Origin: Fidelibacterota bacterium
GTDB lineage: Bacteria; Fidelibacterota; UBA2242
Assembly (NCBI GenBank): GCA_030603165.1
Contig: JAUVYH010000002.1
Location: 1 to 46,473, forward strand
Length of the DNA stretch: 46,473 bases
Reading direction: 5' to 3'
The notes beneath the pieces were generated by a model. That model saw only the letters and a program-made list of their open reading frames with translations. It searched no databases and was not told the origin of the DNA. Positions 17,612 to 27,081 of this stretch are shown here, piece by piece; position 1 is the stretch's first letter; the number at the start of each line of letters is the position of its first letter. Both the position numbers and the translations under genes were made by a program.

Positions 17612-19810
17612 ATGAAACCAATCTACTTAGACCATAACGCCAGCACACCTTTATTACCGGAAGTCATTAACGCCATGATGCCGTTCCTGAAAAACCACTA
17701 CGGGAATCCTTCCAGCAGTCACTATTTCGGACAGGAAGCCAAAAAAACAATTGAGCATTCCCGGGAACAATTGGCGGCACTGCTAAACTGTTCCGCCGAT
17801 GAGATTATCTTCACCAGCGGCGGCAGCGAATCAAACAATATGGCGGTTAAAGGCATCGCCAGCCTATATAATTCGGGACATATTATCACCAGCGCTGTGG
17901 AACATCCCGCCATCCTGGAAGTGTGTCGATTTCTTGAGAATAATGGATATAGCGTCACCTATCTCCCGGTTGATGAATATGGTTTGGTAGATACCAAATC
18001 GCTGGTTCGCGCCATCCGCTTAGATACGATCCTTATCACGATTATACTGGCGAATAACGAAGTTGGCACTATTCAGCCGATCAGGGAAATTGCCCAAATA
18101 GCTCATGAACGGAATATCCTGATGCATACCGATGCAGCTCAGGCAGTGGGAAAAATCCATGTGGATATTCGGGAATTAGAGGTCGATTTACTATCTGTTG
18201 CCGGTCATAAAATGAATGCGCCAAAAGGCATTGGCGCTCTATATATTAAAACCGGAACTAAGATACAACCACTCATTCATGGCGCCGGTCACGAGCGGGG
18301 CTTGCGTCCGGGCACGGAAAATGTGCTGGAAATTGTTGGATTAGGAACCGCTGCGGAAGTTTTTCACTCGAATGAAAAAACAATTCTTGCCGAACAAAAA
18401 GCCCGGGGCGATCAATTCTGGAACGAATTGAAAGAAGCAATACCGGAAATCGAATTAAATGGTCATCCGGAACAGAAACTCACCAACACAATTAACACCT
18501 ATTTCCCCGGTATCGACGCCAATACGCTTTTATCCGATCTTCCGGACATTGCCGCATCCGCCGGAGCCGCCTGTCACGCCGACAGCATGGAACCATCCCA
18601 TGTTTTGAAGGCAATGGGATTTAGTGACGAACGAATTCTGGGCAGCATCCGCTTCTCGGTGGGCAGAACCACAACAGCGCAGGATGTCAGCGCTGCCGTT
18701 AGAAAAATATTCGAAGCTTACCGTAACCTTACTGAAAATATTCTGAGAGAAGTCACATTTACCGATATTTCCGATATTCGTCTCACTCAATATACTCACG
18801 GATTGGGATGCGCCTGTAAGATCCGACCGCAGCATTTGGAAGAAATCCTGAAAAAAATTCAGACCATACCTTCCGAATACACACAGGTCGGTTTTGAAAC
18901 CTCCGATGATGCGGCGGTTTTTCGCTTAACCGATGATATTTCCTTAGTTTCAACCGTAGATTTTTTCACGCCGATCGTGGATGATCCCTTTGATTTTGGG
19001 CAAATTGCCGCGGCAAATTCACTCAGCGATATCTACGCCATGGGCGGAAAACCCATTTTTGCATTAAACATTGCGGCATTCCCTGAAAAGCGACTCCCCA
19101 TGAAAGTGCTGGAGCGTATTCTTGAAGGCGCCCGGCATATTGCCAATATTGCAGGAATCCCAATCCTCGGTGGTCACACCATCGAAGACAACGAGCCCAA
19201 GTTCGGTCTTGCAGTTACCGGGACAGTTCATCCTGACGCAATCTGGCGCAATGTCGGATCGCAACCCGGTGACGCACTCATTCTTACCAAACCGATCGGG
19301 ACCGGCATTTTATCGACAGCATTGAAAAGGGGTCTGCTGGACAACGCAGCCCGGGATACCATTGTTGCTATTATGAGCGAGCTGAACGCCGCTGCTGCTG
19401 ATATTATCAGAGAATTTCCGGTTCACGCCTGTACCGATGTTACCGGATTCGGACTGTTGGGACACCTCTATGAAATGCTTACGGATGGTGATATATCCGC
19501 CCGGATTATTAGTTCGGAAGTACCGGTCATTCCCAACACAATCGAAATGGTTCGCAGAAACGTCATCCCCGGAGGCACAGACGCAAATATGAATTATCTT
19601 AAAGACCGGGTCGCCTGGGATGATAAAATCAGCTCCATATTCCGGGTAATACTTTGTGACGCTCAGACTTCAGGCGGATTATTGGTTGCGACGCCGGAAC
19701 CCAACGCCGCTGAGATGGTTAAACGACTAAAGGAATCCGGAATAACAAGCGCATCTGTTATCGGTAAAATCGAAAAAGCCGGAAAATATAAAATATTTAT
19801 TGTTCCTTAA
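17612..19810 (+). CDS. selD: fusion protein: NifS-like cysteine desulfurase/selenocysteine lyase (N-terminal) with selenide, water dikinase SelD (C-terminal)
   Basis: Residues 1 to ~380 parallel the NifS at 2083 (HYGNPSS, AGHKMNAPKG, SAGAACH). From about nt 18767 the product IRLTQYTHGLGCACKI matches the SelD N-terminus (E. coli IRLTQYSHGAGCGCKI), with Cys rather than Sec. DDAAVF and VDFFTPIVDDPFDFGQIAAANSLSDIYAMGG follow. Confidence 0.88.
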   Translation: MKPIYLDHNASTPLLPEVINAMMPFLKNHYGNPSSSHYFGQEAKKTIEHSREQLAALLNCSADEIIFTSGGSESNNMAVKGIASLYNSGHIITSAVEHPAILEVCRFLENNGYSVTYLPVDEYGLVDTKSLVRAIRLDTILITIILANNEVGTIQPIREIAQIAHERNILMHTDAAQAVGKIHVDIRELEVDLLSVAGHKMNAPKGIGALYIKTGTKIQPLIHGAGHERGLRPGTENVLEIVGLGTAAEVFHSNEKTILAEQKARGDQFWNELKEAIPEIELNGHPEQKLTNTINTYFPGIDANTLLSDLPDIAASAGAACHADSMEPSHVLKAMGFSDERILGSIRFSVGRTTTAQDVSAAVRKIFEAYRNLTENILREVTFTDISDIRLTQYTHGLGCACKIRPQHLEEILKKIQTIPSEYTQVGFETSDDAAVFRLTDDISLVSTVDFFTPIVDDPFDFGQIAAANSLSDIYAMGGKPIFALNIAAFPEKRLPMKVLERILEGARHIANIAGIPILGGHTIEDNEPKFGLAVTGTVHPDAIWRNVGSQPGDALILTKPIGTGILSTALKRGLLDNAARDTIVAIMSELNAAAADIIREFPVHACTDVTGFGLLGHLYEMLTDGDISARIISSEVPVIPNTIEMVRRNVIPGGTDANMNYLKDRVAWDDKISSIFRVILCDAQTSGGLLVATPEPNAAEMVKRLKESGITSASVIGKIEKAGKYKIFIVP

Positions 19811-19844
19811 CGTAGCATGATTAGCTTTGACACTTAATTAAACT

Positions 19845-20765
19845 ATGTATAATAGATACCGTAAACAGTATTTAAAAATCGCTAAAAAATTAACCCTGGC
19901 TGACATTCAGGCAGGCGCCAATTTTGGCGATCTCACATTGGATAACATTTTTTCCGATGGGCGGTTTAAGCAAAGTTCAAATTTCTTCATGGGTGTATTT
20001 AGTAAACAAGGATTGGAAAATGTAATCAATGCATTTGGACTAACGGAAGCATTAGCGAGATTGGGTTTGACAGATTTACATGTGGAAATCGGTACAGAAG
20101 ATCCTCATACTCATCGTTTATATGTATATACAGGTATGCCTGAAGATGAAAACATAATCTGTGAAATGGTATTAAAACGGGGACAGATGCATTTTTCAGA
20201 AGATGCTTTACCAAATTTTCCAGACAAAACGCCGAATTTTCTTCAAGTTGAGTGGCTGCTTCTCCAGAACCCTAAAAAGCATTTTGATGAACGACGTCCA
20301 CAGCTTCCCGGACAATCTTACCCAGGTTTGGGAATCGGTGATCGCATGTTGCAAATCATGATCCTTCTGACACGCCGCTTAAACCTGGAAGGAATGATTA
20401 ATAAACCCCGGTATTATCATACTGCATTCATGTTTACAAAAGACTTTATTTTTACAAATCCCCGCAACCAGGCAATTCTGCAGGCAATAAACAGAGATTT
20501 AACATCAACATACAAGTTTCATACAGTCGCTTGGGCAGCCCATTTTGACTGTCTAATCAATCATGTTACCGGCGAAGAGCTAGTCTGGGATACCGATTAT
20601 TTAATCCTGCCACTTAAGAAATATTTACTTAAATATTTCCGATCCAAAGAGTATCAGTGCCAGGTCGGTCAGCAGATAGAAAAATTTAATTTCATAATCA
20701 ATATTCCTAAGTTCATAAAGTGCATGCACAAAAATAAAATCCCAATTTACGAAAAATTATCATAG
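19845..20765 (+). CDS. hypothetical protein (306 aa)
   Basis: Long clean ORF. I recognise no family. Confidence 0.55.
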   Translation: MYNRYRKQYLKIAKKLTLADIQAGANFGDLTLDNIFSDGRFKQSSNFFMGVFSKQGLENVINAFGLTEALARLGLTDLHVEIGTEDPHTHRLYVYTGMPEDENIICEMVLKRGQMHFSEDALPNFPDKTPNFLQVEWLLLQNPKKHFDERRPQLPGQSYPGLGIGDRMLQIMILLTRRLNLEGMINKPRYYHTAFMFTKDFIFTNPRNQAILQAINRDLTSTYKFHTVAWAAHFDCLINHVTGEELVWDTDYLILPLKKYLLKYFRSKEYQCQVGQQIEKFNFIINIPKFIKCMHKNKIPIYEKLS

Positions 20766-20785
20766 TCCATTAGTTATTCCCAACT

Positions 20786-21451
20786 ATGGTTTCTATACTT
20801 CCATTATCATCTACTGAACCCGTCTGTATCCTGCTCGGAAATGGCGATTATCCTGATCAAAAACTATGTAATCAACTTCTTCAGTCCGCAAATTTCATTA
20901 TGTGCGCCGACGGCGGAGCGAATTATGCTTTCCGGCATGATATTACTCCCGATTTAATAATTGGCGATTTGGATTCGATCAAAGACGAAGCGCTGAATTA
21001 TTTTATTCAGAAAAATATCCGGATAATAAAGGCGGAAACCCAGCAGGAAAATGATGTGGAAAAAGCCCTGCAAGAAGCAATCCGGCTTTCATATAAACAG
21101 ATTGTTTTAATAGGTTTTATGGGTAAACGGGATGACCATAGTATTGCAACATTACAGATCATAAAAAAATTCAAACGTAAAGCAACTATTCGTCTTTTTT
21201 CACAAACTTCGGAAATTTTAGTGCTGCCCGCAGGCAACTATGGATTTCAAGCGTCCTCCGGTAATATCATTTCATTATTCGGATTTCCGAGAGCATATAA
21301 TGTAACGACCAATGGATTGAAATGGACATTGAACCACGAAAACCTGTTTGAAGGATCCCGTGGTATCAGTAACCAGGCATTGAAGGACGACATACGGATA
21401 TCTTTCACCAAAGGCACTCTGATCGTCATTAAACCGTTCAGTTCTTCATGA
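20786..21451 (+). CDS. thiN: thiamine pyrophosphokinase (TPK/ThiN type)
   Basis: CADGGANYAF...PDLIIGDLDSI...KAETQQENDVEKAL fits the TPK catalytic-domain signature. The size (221 aa) fits. Confidence 0.75.
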   Translation: MVSILPLSSTEPVCILLGNGDYPDQKLCNQLLQSANFIMCADGGANYAFRHDITPDLIIGDLDSIKDEALNYFIQKNIRIIKAETQQENDVEKALQEAIRLSYKQIVLIGFMGKRDDHSIATLQIIKKFKRKATIRLFSQTSEILVLPAGNYGFQASSGNIISLFGFPRAYNVTTNGLKWTLNHENLFEGSRGISNQALKDDIRISFTKGTLIVIKPFSSS

Positions 21452-22860
21452 ATTCTATAAACATCGCAATTATCGATAAACTTCTCATCCTGATTTATTT
21501 AATCTCAATTTTACTTATCGGTTTCCTGTATTCCAAAAATCAACGAAAAAATGATGATAATTTCCTATTAGCCGGACGACGGCTTTCCTTACCCGCATTT
21601 ACGGCTACGCTGGTATCGACATGGTATGGCGGGATTTTGGGTATTGGTGAATTTACCTACATCTACGGTCTTTTGAATTGGGTAACACAAGCATTACCAT
21701 ATTATTTATTTGCCGTTCTCTTTGCCGTCTTTATCGCACCAAAAGTTCGCAAATCAAACCTTTTCACTATTCCCGATCAGCTGTATCAACATTATGGAAA
21801 ACCAGCCGGACTGATCGGAAGTGTTTTCATCTTTTTCCTGGTATCGCCCGCATCACACCTGCTTATGCTCAGCATTCTGTTCAGCTCGATTTTTGGAATA
21901 CCTTTCTGGTTTGCCGTTTCAATCAGTATCCTATTTTCCACGGTTTATGTCTTTTTCGGAGGATTTAAATCGGTAGTTAAAACCGACATTATCCAGTTTA
22001 TCCTGATGTTTTCCGGATTCGCGGTATTAGTGATAACCCTGTTTACAAAATTCGGTGGTATTTCCTTCTTAAAGGATAATCTTCCAGCCAGTCATCTTCA
22101 ATTCAGTGGCGGTCAGAGCGCTCAGTATATCGTCGTCTGGTTCTTTATTGCATTATGGACATTCGTTGATCCCGGTTTTTATCAACGATGTTACGCCGCC
22201 CGTACTCCAGCGGTGGCACAACGTGGAATTCTAATCTCAATTCTGTTCTGGGTAGTTTTCGATTTTTTTACGACCGTTGCCGGACTTTATGCTCGCGCAC
22301 TTCTGAGTGATGTTCCGGGATTGATGGCATTCCCTCTCCTTGGTGTAACAATACTACCGCCGTTACTAAGCGGACTGTTTTTAATTTCCCTGATGGCGAC
22401 TATCATGTCAACCCTGGATTCAAATTCATTTCTTGCCGCCGTGACGTTCGGGCGGGATATCATCTGGCGGATCAAAAAAGATGTTAACATCACACATGCA
22501 ACCCAGTTTGGATTGCTTATTACGCTTCTGTTCTCAGTGCTGTTATTAACTCTGGTGCCATCAGTTGTGAAAATCTGGTATCTAATGGGCTCCCTGTTTA
22601 TACCCAGCTTATTATTGCCCTTGATTTCTATTTTCATTCCTGGTATTCAAATACCGAAACGCGACACTGTCGTGTCAATGATTACTTCTTTTATCGGCAC
22701 AAGTGGCTGGTTAGTTACCGGTTTATATCAAAGCACATTGAAAAATCCATCATTTCCATGGGATATTCAGCCATTTTTTATCGGTTTGATGTGCTCGGTG
22801 ATTATTTATCTTTTTAGTATATTGAAAAATATTTTCAGAGGGAAAAACAAAAATAGTTGA
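21448..22860 (+). CDS. sodium:solute symporter family (SSS) transporter
   Basis: 470 aa with about 12-13 hydrophobic helices. The N-terminus ...FLLAGRRLSLPAFTATLVSTWYGGILG is typical of SSS. It overlaps the TPK stop by 4 bp (ATGA). Confidence 0.8.
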   Translation: MNSINIAIIDKLLILIYLISILLIGFLYSKNQRKNDDNFLLAGRRLSLPAFTATLVSTWYGGILGIGEFTYIYGLLNWVTQALPYYLFAVLFAVFIAPKVRKSNLFTIPDQLYQHYGKPAGLIGSVFIFFLVSPASHLLMLSILFSSIFGIPFWFAVSISILFSTVYVFFGGFKSVVKTDIIQFILMFSGFAVLVITLFTKFGGISFLKDNLPASHLQFSGGQSAQYIVVWFFIALWTFVDPGFYQRCYAARTPAVAQRGILISILFWVVFDFFTTVAGLYARALLSDVPGLMAFPLLGVTILPPLLSGLFLISLMATIMSTLDSNSFLAAVTFGRDIIWRIKKDVNITHATQFGLLITLLFSVLLLTLVPSVVKIWYLMGSLFIPSLLLPLISIFIPGIQIPKRDTVVSMITSFIGTSGWLVTGLYQSTLKNPSFPWDIQPFFIGLMCSVIIYLFSILKNIFRGKNKNS

Positions 22861-22948
22861 ATTTCAAATGCCAATTCGTTATCAATCATATTGATTTAAT
22901 GCTTTTATTTGGATAAATTTTCGTGCTCTTTGGATTCAGTTAATGGCA

Positions 22949-23022
22949 GGGCGATTAGCTCAGCTGGTCAGAGTGTCCCGTTCACATCGGGAAGGTCATC
23001 CGTTCAAGTCGGATATCGCCCA
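22949..23022 (+). tRNA. tRNA-Val (anticodon CAC), no encoded CCA
   Basis: Hand-folded cloverleaf: acceptor GGGCGAT/ATCGCCC, D arm GCTC..GAGT, anticodon stem TCCCG/CGGGA with loop TTCACAT, T arm ATCCG-TTCAAGT-CGGAT, discriminator A. Confidence 0.9.
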
Positions 23023-23082
23023 CAGAAAGGTAAGGTTTTGAAAGCGTCACAGAAAGATCAACCCACATATAAAGATTTTAAT

Positions 23083-23109
23083 TGCACCCATGAAGGTGCA
23101 TTTTTTTTT
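23083..23109 (+). terminator. Rho-independent terminator after tRNA-Val
   Basis: TGCACC-catgaa-GGTGCA hairpin followed by nine T. Confidence 0.7.
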
Positions 23110-23126
23110 AATTAAATGGAGGATAA

Positions 23127-23927
23127 ATGTTCAAAGAATTAGAATACTTGGTAAAATTACAAAAGATTGATAACGAGCTGCTAAAGATTAATGAATTAAA
23201 AGGTGATCTTCCTCAAATCGTTGAAACACTTGAAAAAAATATTACCAGCCTGGAAAGGGAGCTTGAAAACGATCGCAGCCGCGAAAAGGAAATCATTCTG
23301 GAAACAAAAGACATCGAGGGACAGATCGAGGATCACAAAGAACATTTAAAAAGATACCAGGATCAGCTATACCTTGTTACATCAAATAAAGAGTATGATG
23401 CGCTTACATCTGAAATTGAAACTGTTCGCCAGAATATCGACACGGCAGAATATAAAATCCTCGAACTAAATGAAGAGATGGAAAACCTCAAAGAAGCAAT
23501 CAAAGGTAAAGATCTGACATTGAAGGATAAATCAAGTGAAATAAAATTCCGGCGTGAACAGTTGGAAAAAACAAACGAAAAGACCAACGACGTTCAAGGA
23601 AAATTAATGAAAAACCGGGAAGCAGTCGTAAAATTAATTTCGTTACGATATATCAGGGAATATGAGCGTGTATCCAAAGCCAGGAACGGTTTAGCAATTG
23701 TACCTATTTACCAGATTTTTGAAGAAAAAGTTGATAGAAAGGGCAATATTGAATATATTCCCGCCCAGGTTTCTTGCGGAGGCTGTCACACAATTGTCCC
23801 ACCGCAAAAAGCTGTAGAGATTCGCTCCGGAGCGAACCCAATACGTTGTGAATTTTGTGGACGGATGCTGTACTGGGACAAAGATGCCAGTGAAATCCGT
23901 TCAATTAATGAGGAGGAATTTATCTGA
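23127..23927 (+). CDS. coiled-coil C4 zinc-ribbon protein (COG1579/DUF164 family)
   Basis: N-terminus LVKLQKIDNELLKINELKGDLP, a long heptad-rich middle, LTSEIE, and C-terminal CGGCH...CEFCG. Confidence 0.75.
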   Translation: MFKELEYLVKLQKIDNELLKINELKGDLPQIVETLEKNITSLERELENDRSREKEIILETKDIEGQIEDHKEHLKRYQDQLYLVTSNKEYDALTSEIETVRQNIDTAEYKILELNEEMENLKEAIKGKDLTLKDKSSEIKFRREQLEKTNEKTNDVQGKLMKNREAVVKLISLRYIREYERVSKARNGLAIVPIYQIFEEKVDRKGNIEYIPAQVSCGGCHTIVPPQKAVEIRSGANPIRCEFCGRMLYWDKDASEIRSINEEEFI

Positions 23928-24319
23928 AGTTAGTCAGGCAGTCGCCTCGTCCCGACTTGTCGGGATCGGGGAGGAAAGTCCGAACTCCGCAGGGCAGGGT
24001 GCTTCGTAACACGGAGTCTCCCGACTATTCGGGAGAAGGAAAGTGCCACAGAAACAATACCGTCCCCGATTTATCGGGGTCAAGGGTGAAATGGTGCGTC
24101 CTGCAATTAAGCGGGATTAAAGTAAGAGCGCACCGCCCCGACAGCAATGCCGGGGGCAGGGTAAACCCCACCTGGAGCAAGATCAAGCAGAGAATTGGAA
24201 TTGCCCGTTCCGCTAAATTCTCGGGTAGATCGCTTAACATCAGTTGTAAGGCTGTATGTAGATAAATGACTGCCGTCCCGACTTGTCGGGAAACAGAATT
24301 CGGCTTACCGACTAACTTC
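23926..24319 (+). ncRNA. rnpB: RNase P RNA, bacterial type A
   Basis: P1 pairing GAAGTTAGTC / GACTAACTTC. Universal blocks GGAGGAAAGTCCGAAC, CAGGGTGC, AAGGGTGAAA, GTAAGAGCGCACC, GGTAAACCCCACCTGGAGCAAG and ACAGAATTCGGCTTA are in the order seen in E. coli M1 RNA. Confidence 0.92.
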
Positions 24320-24336
24320 AGATTCTTATACATAGT

Positions 24337-26049
24337 ATGAAATTCAAATGGAAATTTAAAGAATTTGATCTTGAAACTGTTCGGAGTCTTGCTTCAGCAA
24401 CCGGGCTTCCGATTCCAATTGCCACTGTACTATACAACCGTAATTTTGACAATCCGGAGGCGATTGATCATTTCTTTAAACCCAACATTCAGGATCTTTA
24501 TGATCCATTTCTGCTAAAGGATATGGAAAAAGCCGTTGACCGTATCCAAATTGCTCTGATGAATAAAGAAACGGTCATGATTTACGGTGATTATGATGTA
24601 GATGGGACAACAGCCACTTCCCTGCTGCATTTATTCCTACATGAAATCGGTCTTAATACTTTTTATTATATCCCAAATCGCGAAAAAGAAGGATATGGTC
24701 TGTCTCGACCTGGGATTGACGTCGCTATCGAGCATCAAGCCAATCTCATCATCACATGTGATTGTGGAATTAACGCCTTTGATGAAGTTGATTACGCAAA
24801 TTCGAACGGTATTGATCTGATTATCACCGACCACCATGAGCCGGCGGAAACATTGCCAAACGCCCTTGCCATTATCAATCCAAAACGTAAAGACGATCCT
24901 TATCCCTTTAAAGAGCTATGCGGCGCCGGCGTCGCCTTTAAAATGCTACAAGCGTTTTCAATGAAAAACAATATTCCCATTGAAAAATTATTCCTCCATC
25001 TGGATCTGGTGGCAATCGGTACCGCTGCCGATATTGTTCCGATTCTTGATGAGAACCGCATTTTGGTGTCAAAAGGACTGGAATATCTGAATCGCACTAA
25101 TAAAATCGGGCTTAGTTCCCTATTGAAAGTTGCCGGATTCACGAACAAGACTTTAAATGTTGTGAATATTGTTTTTGGGATCGCACCGAAAATAAACGCA
25201 GCGGGTCGTCTTGGGCAAGCCACCCGGGCGGTTAAGCTACTAATCTCATTTAACCAGGAAGAGGCTCATGAATTATCGCTAATACTGGAACAGGAAAACC
25301 GCAACCGTCAGAGTATCGAAAAAAACACGGTCGATCAGGCAATATTACAGTTAAATTCCACTCATGATATTTACAAAGATAAGATCTTCGTACTGTCAGA
25401 TGATAACTGGCATCAAGGCGTCATTGGCATTGTGGCGTCAAAAATAAAAGAAATGTACAACCGTCCGGTAGTTATGATCTCTTTTCAAAACGGGATAGGA
25501 AAAGGATCCGCCAGAAGTATTCAAAATTTTGATCTGTATAAAGCATTTACCGAGTGTTCAGATCTTCTTGAAAGCTATGGCGGTCACAAAATGGCTGCCG
25601 GTCTTACGATAAAACAGAAAATGTTAGCACAATTTCGTGATCGTATTCAACAGATCGCCGACAGACAGATTACCGAAGACATGCTCCATCCCACATTAAA
25701 GATCGAGTGTGAAATAAATTTTAACGATATTAATCAGAACATCATCTATTACCTTAACAAAATGGCGCCCTTCGGTCCTGGAAATATGCGTCCAATATTC
25801 GCAGCCCGGAATATCACCATATCCGGTTTACCACGCATTGTCGGTGAAAATCATTTGAAGTTTAAAGCCTGTCAGGACAAAATTATTATTAGCGCTATTG
25901 GATGGAAACTGGGGACTCTATACGAAATGCTCATCAGTAATCGTCCTCTGGATATGGTATTTGTAATTGAAATAAATGAATGGAACAACAATAAAGAAAT
26001 ACAACTTAATATAAAAGATATTCGCTATTCAGATAGTGCTACCATCTAA
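24337..26049 (+). CDS. recJ: single-stranded-DNA-specific exonuclease RecJ
   Basis: DHH-family motifs YGDYDVDGTT, CDCG and ITDHHEP, plus the DHHA1 block GGHKMAAG. Confidence 0.9.
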   Translation: MKFKWKFKEFDLETVRSLASATGLPIPIATVLYNRNFDNPEAIDHFFKPNIQDLYDPFLLKDMEKAVDRIQIALMNKETVMIYGDYDVDGTTATSLLHLFLHEIGLNTFYYIPNREKEGYGLSRPGIDVAIEHQANLIITCDCGINAFDEVDYANSNGIDLIITDHHEPAETLPNALAIINPKRKDDPYPFKELCGAGVAFKMLQAFSMKNNIPIEKLFLHLDLVAIGTAADIVPILDENRILVSKGLEYLNRTNKIGLSSLLKVAGFTNKTLNVVNIVFGIAPKINAAGRLGQATRAVKLLISFNQEEAHELSLILEQENRNRQSIEKNTVDQAILQLNSTHDIYKDKIFVLSDDNWHQGVIGIVASKIKEMYNRPVVMISFQNGIGKGSARSIQNFDLYKAFTECSDLLESYGGHKMAAGLTIKQKMLAQFRDRIQQIADRQITEDMLHPTLKIECEINFNDINQNIIYYLNKMAPFGPGNMRPIFAARNITISGLPRIVGENHLKFKACQDKIIISAIGWKLGTLYEMLISNRPLDMVFVIEINEWNNNKEIQLNIKDIRYSDSATI

Positions 26050-26068
26050 TACCGGAGGGTTTTTATCT

Positions 26069-27061
26069 ATGTATCGAAGTAAAATCGCAGGAATCGGAAA
26101 GAATGTCCCTAAAAATGTCATCACAAATTTTGATCTTGAAAAGATGATGGACACCAGCAACGAATGGATACTTGAACGAACCGGTATTCATGAACGAAGG
26201 TTCGTCACTCAACCGTGTGGTTGCGCCGAATTAGCGCTACCGGCATGCGAACAGGCAATTGCCGATGCCGGAATAGAAAAAACGGACATTGAATTAATCA
26301 TTGTCGCAACTATCACTCCGGAGCATCAATTCCCGGGAACCAGCAGCTTTTTACAGGCTCAGCTCGATCTTAAGGGAGTTCCTACACTCGATATCAGGGT
26401 TCAATGTTCAGGTTTTATTTACGGATTATCCATCGCGGATCAATTTATCAAAACCGGACAATATCAACATATTTTACTGGTGGGAGTTGAAGTACAGTCG
26501 GTTGGATTAAATTTAACAACTGAAGGACGAGATATAGCCATTCTATTCGGCGATGGCGCCGGCGCCGCAATCATAAGCCAATCAGATAATGATAGTGAAA
26601 TTTTGTCAACACATTTATTTGGTGATGGAAAACATGCTATGGACCTATCGGTTGATGCACCGGTTGGCTATGAATGTCCCAGAATTTCAAAAGAAATGAT
26701 TGACGAAGGACGTCAATTTCCAAAAATGAACGGACGGCAGGTTTTCAAACATGCGATAACCAGATTTCCTGAAGTTGTAAGAGAAGCTTTGAAGGCGAAC
26801 AACTGGAGCATCGAAGACGTCGATATGGTTGTGCCACATCAGGCAAATATGAGAATAACAGAAGCTATCGCCAAAAGACTGGGGTTGCCTCTTAAAAAAG
26901 TCTTTAGTAATATACATAAGTATGGAAATACGACCGCCGCATCAATTCCCCTGGCATTAGCCGATGCCTGTGAGGAACAGAAAATTAAAAGAGGCGATAA
27001 GGTCGTACTGGCAGCATTCGGATCCGGATTCACCTGGTCATCCGCAGCTATCATCTGGTAA
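26069..27061 (+). CDS. fabH: 3-oxoacyl-ACP synthase III (KAS III)
   Basis: Catalytic triad contexts QCSGFIYG (Cys), VPHQANMRI (His) and YGNTTAASIP (Asn). I prefer the ATG at 26069, preceded by GGAGGG, to the ORF-track start at 26036. Confidence 0.9.
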   Translation: MYRSKIAGIGKNVPKNVITNFDLEKMMDTSNEWILERTGIHERRFVTQPCGCAELALPACEQAIADAGIEKTDIELIIVATITPEHQFPGTSSFLQAQLDLKGVPTLDIRVQCSGFIYGLSIADQFIKTGQYQHILLVGVEVQSVGLNLTTEGRDIAILFGDGAGAAIISQSDNDSEILSTHLFGDGKHAMDLSVDAPVGYECPRISKEMIDEGRQFPKMNGRQVFKHAITRFPEVVREALKANNWSIEDVDMVVPHQANMRITEAIAKRLGLPLKKVFSNIHKYGNTTAASIPLALADACEEQKIKRGDKVVLAAFGSGFTWSSAAIIW

Positions 27062-27081
27062 GGAAAAAGGAGTAAACTTCA

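Noticed and set aside
22909-23115. 68-aa ORF in the ORF track
   Set aside because: It is entirely explained by tRNA-Val (22949-23022) and its terminator.
23945-24295. Repeated CCCGA-NNNN-TCGGG hairpins (four in rnpB, similar ones at 15929 and 16084) as possible REP/MITE insertions into rnpB
   Set aside because: In rnpB the hairpins seem to fall where type-A RNase P RNA has peripheral helices (for example P3 and P12), and they are capped by stable tetraloops such as CUUG. The shared stem is only 5-6 bp, so convergence is more likely than mobile insertion.
23957-24333. Two 102-aa ORFs on opposite strands
   Set aside because: Both lie inside RNase P RNA, and the GC-rich structured RNA keeps the frames open by chance.
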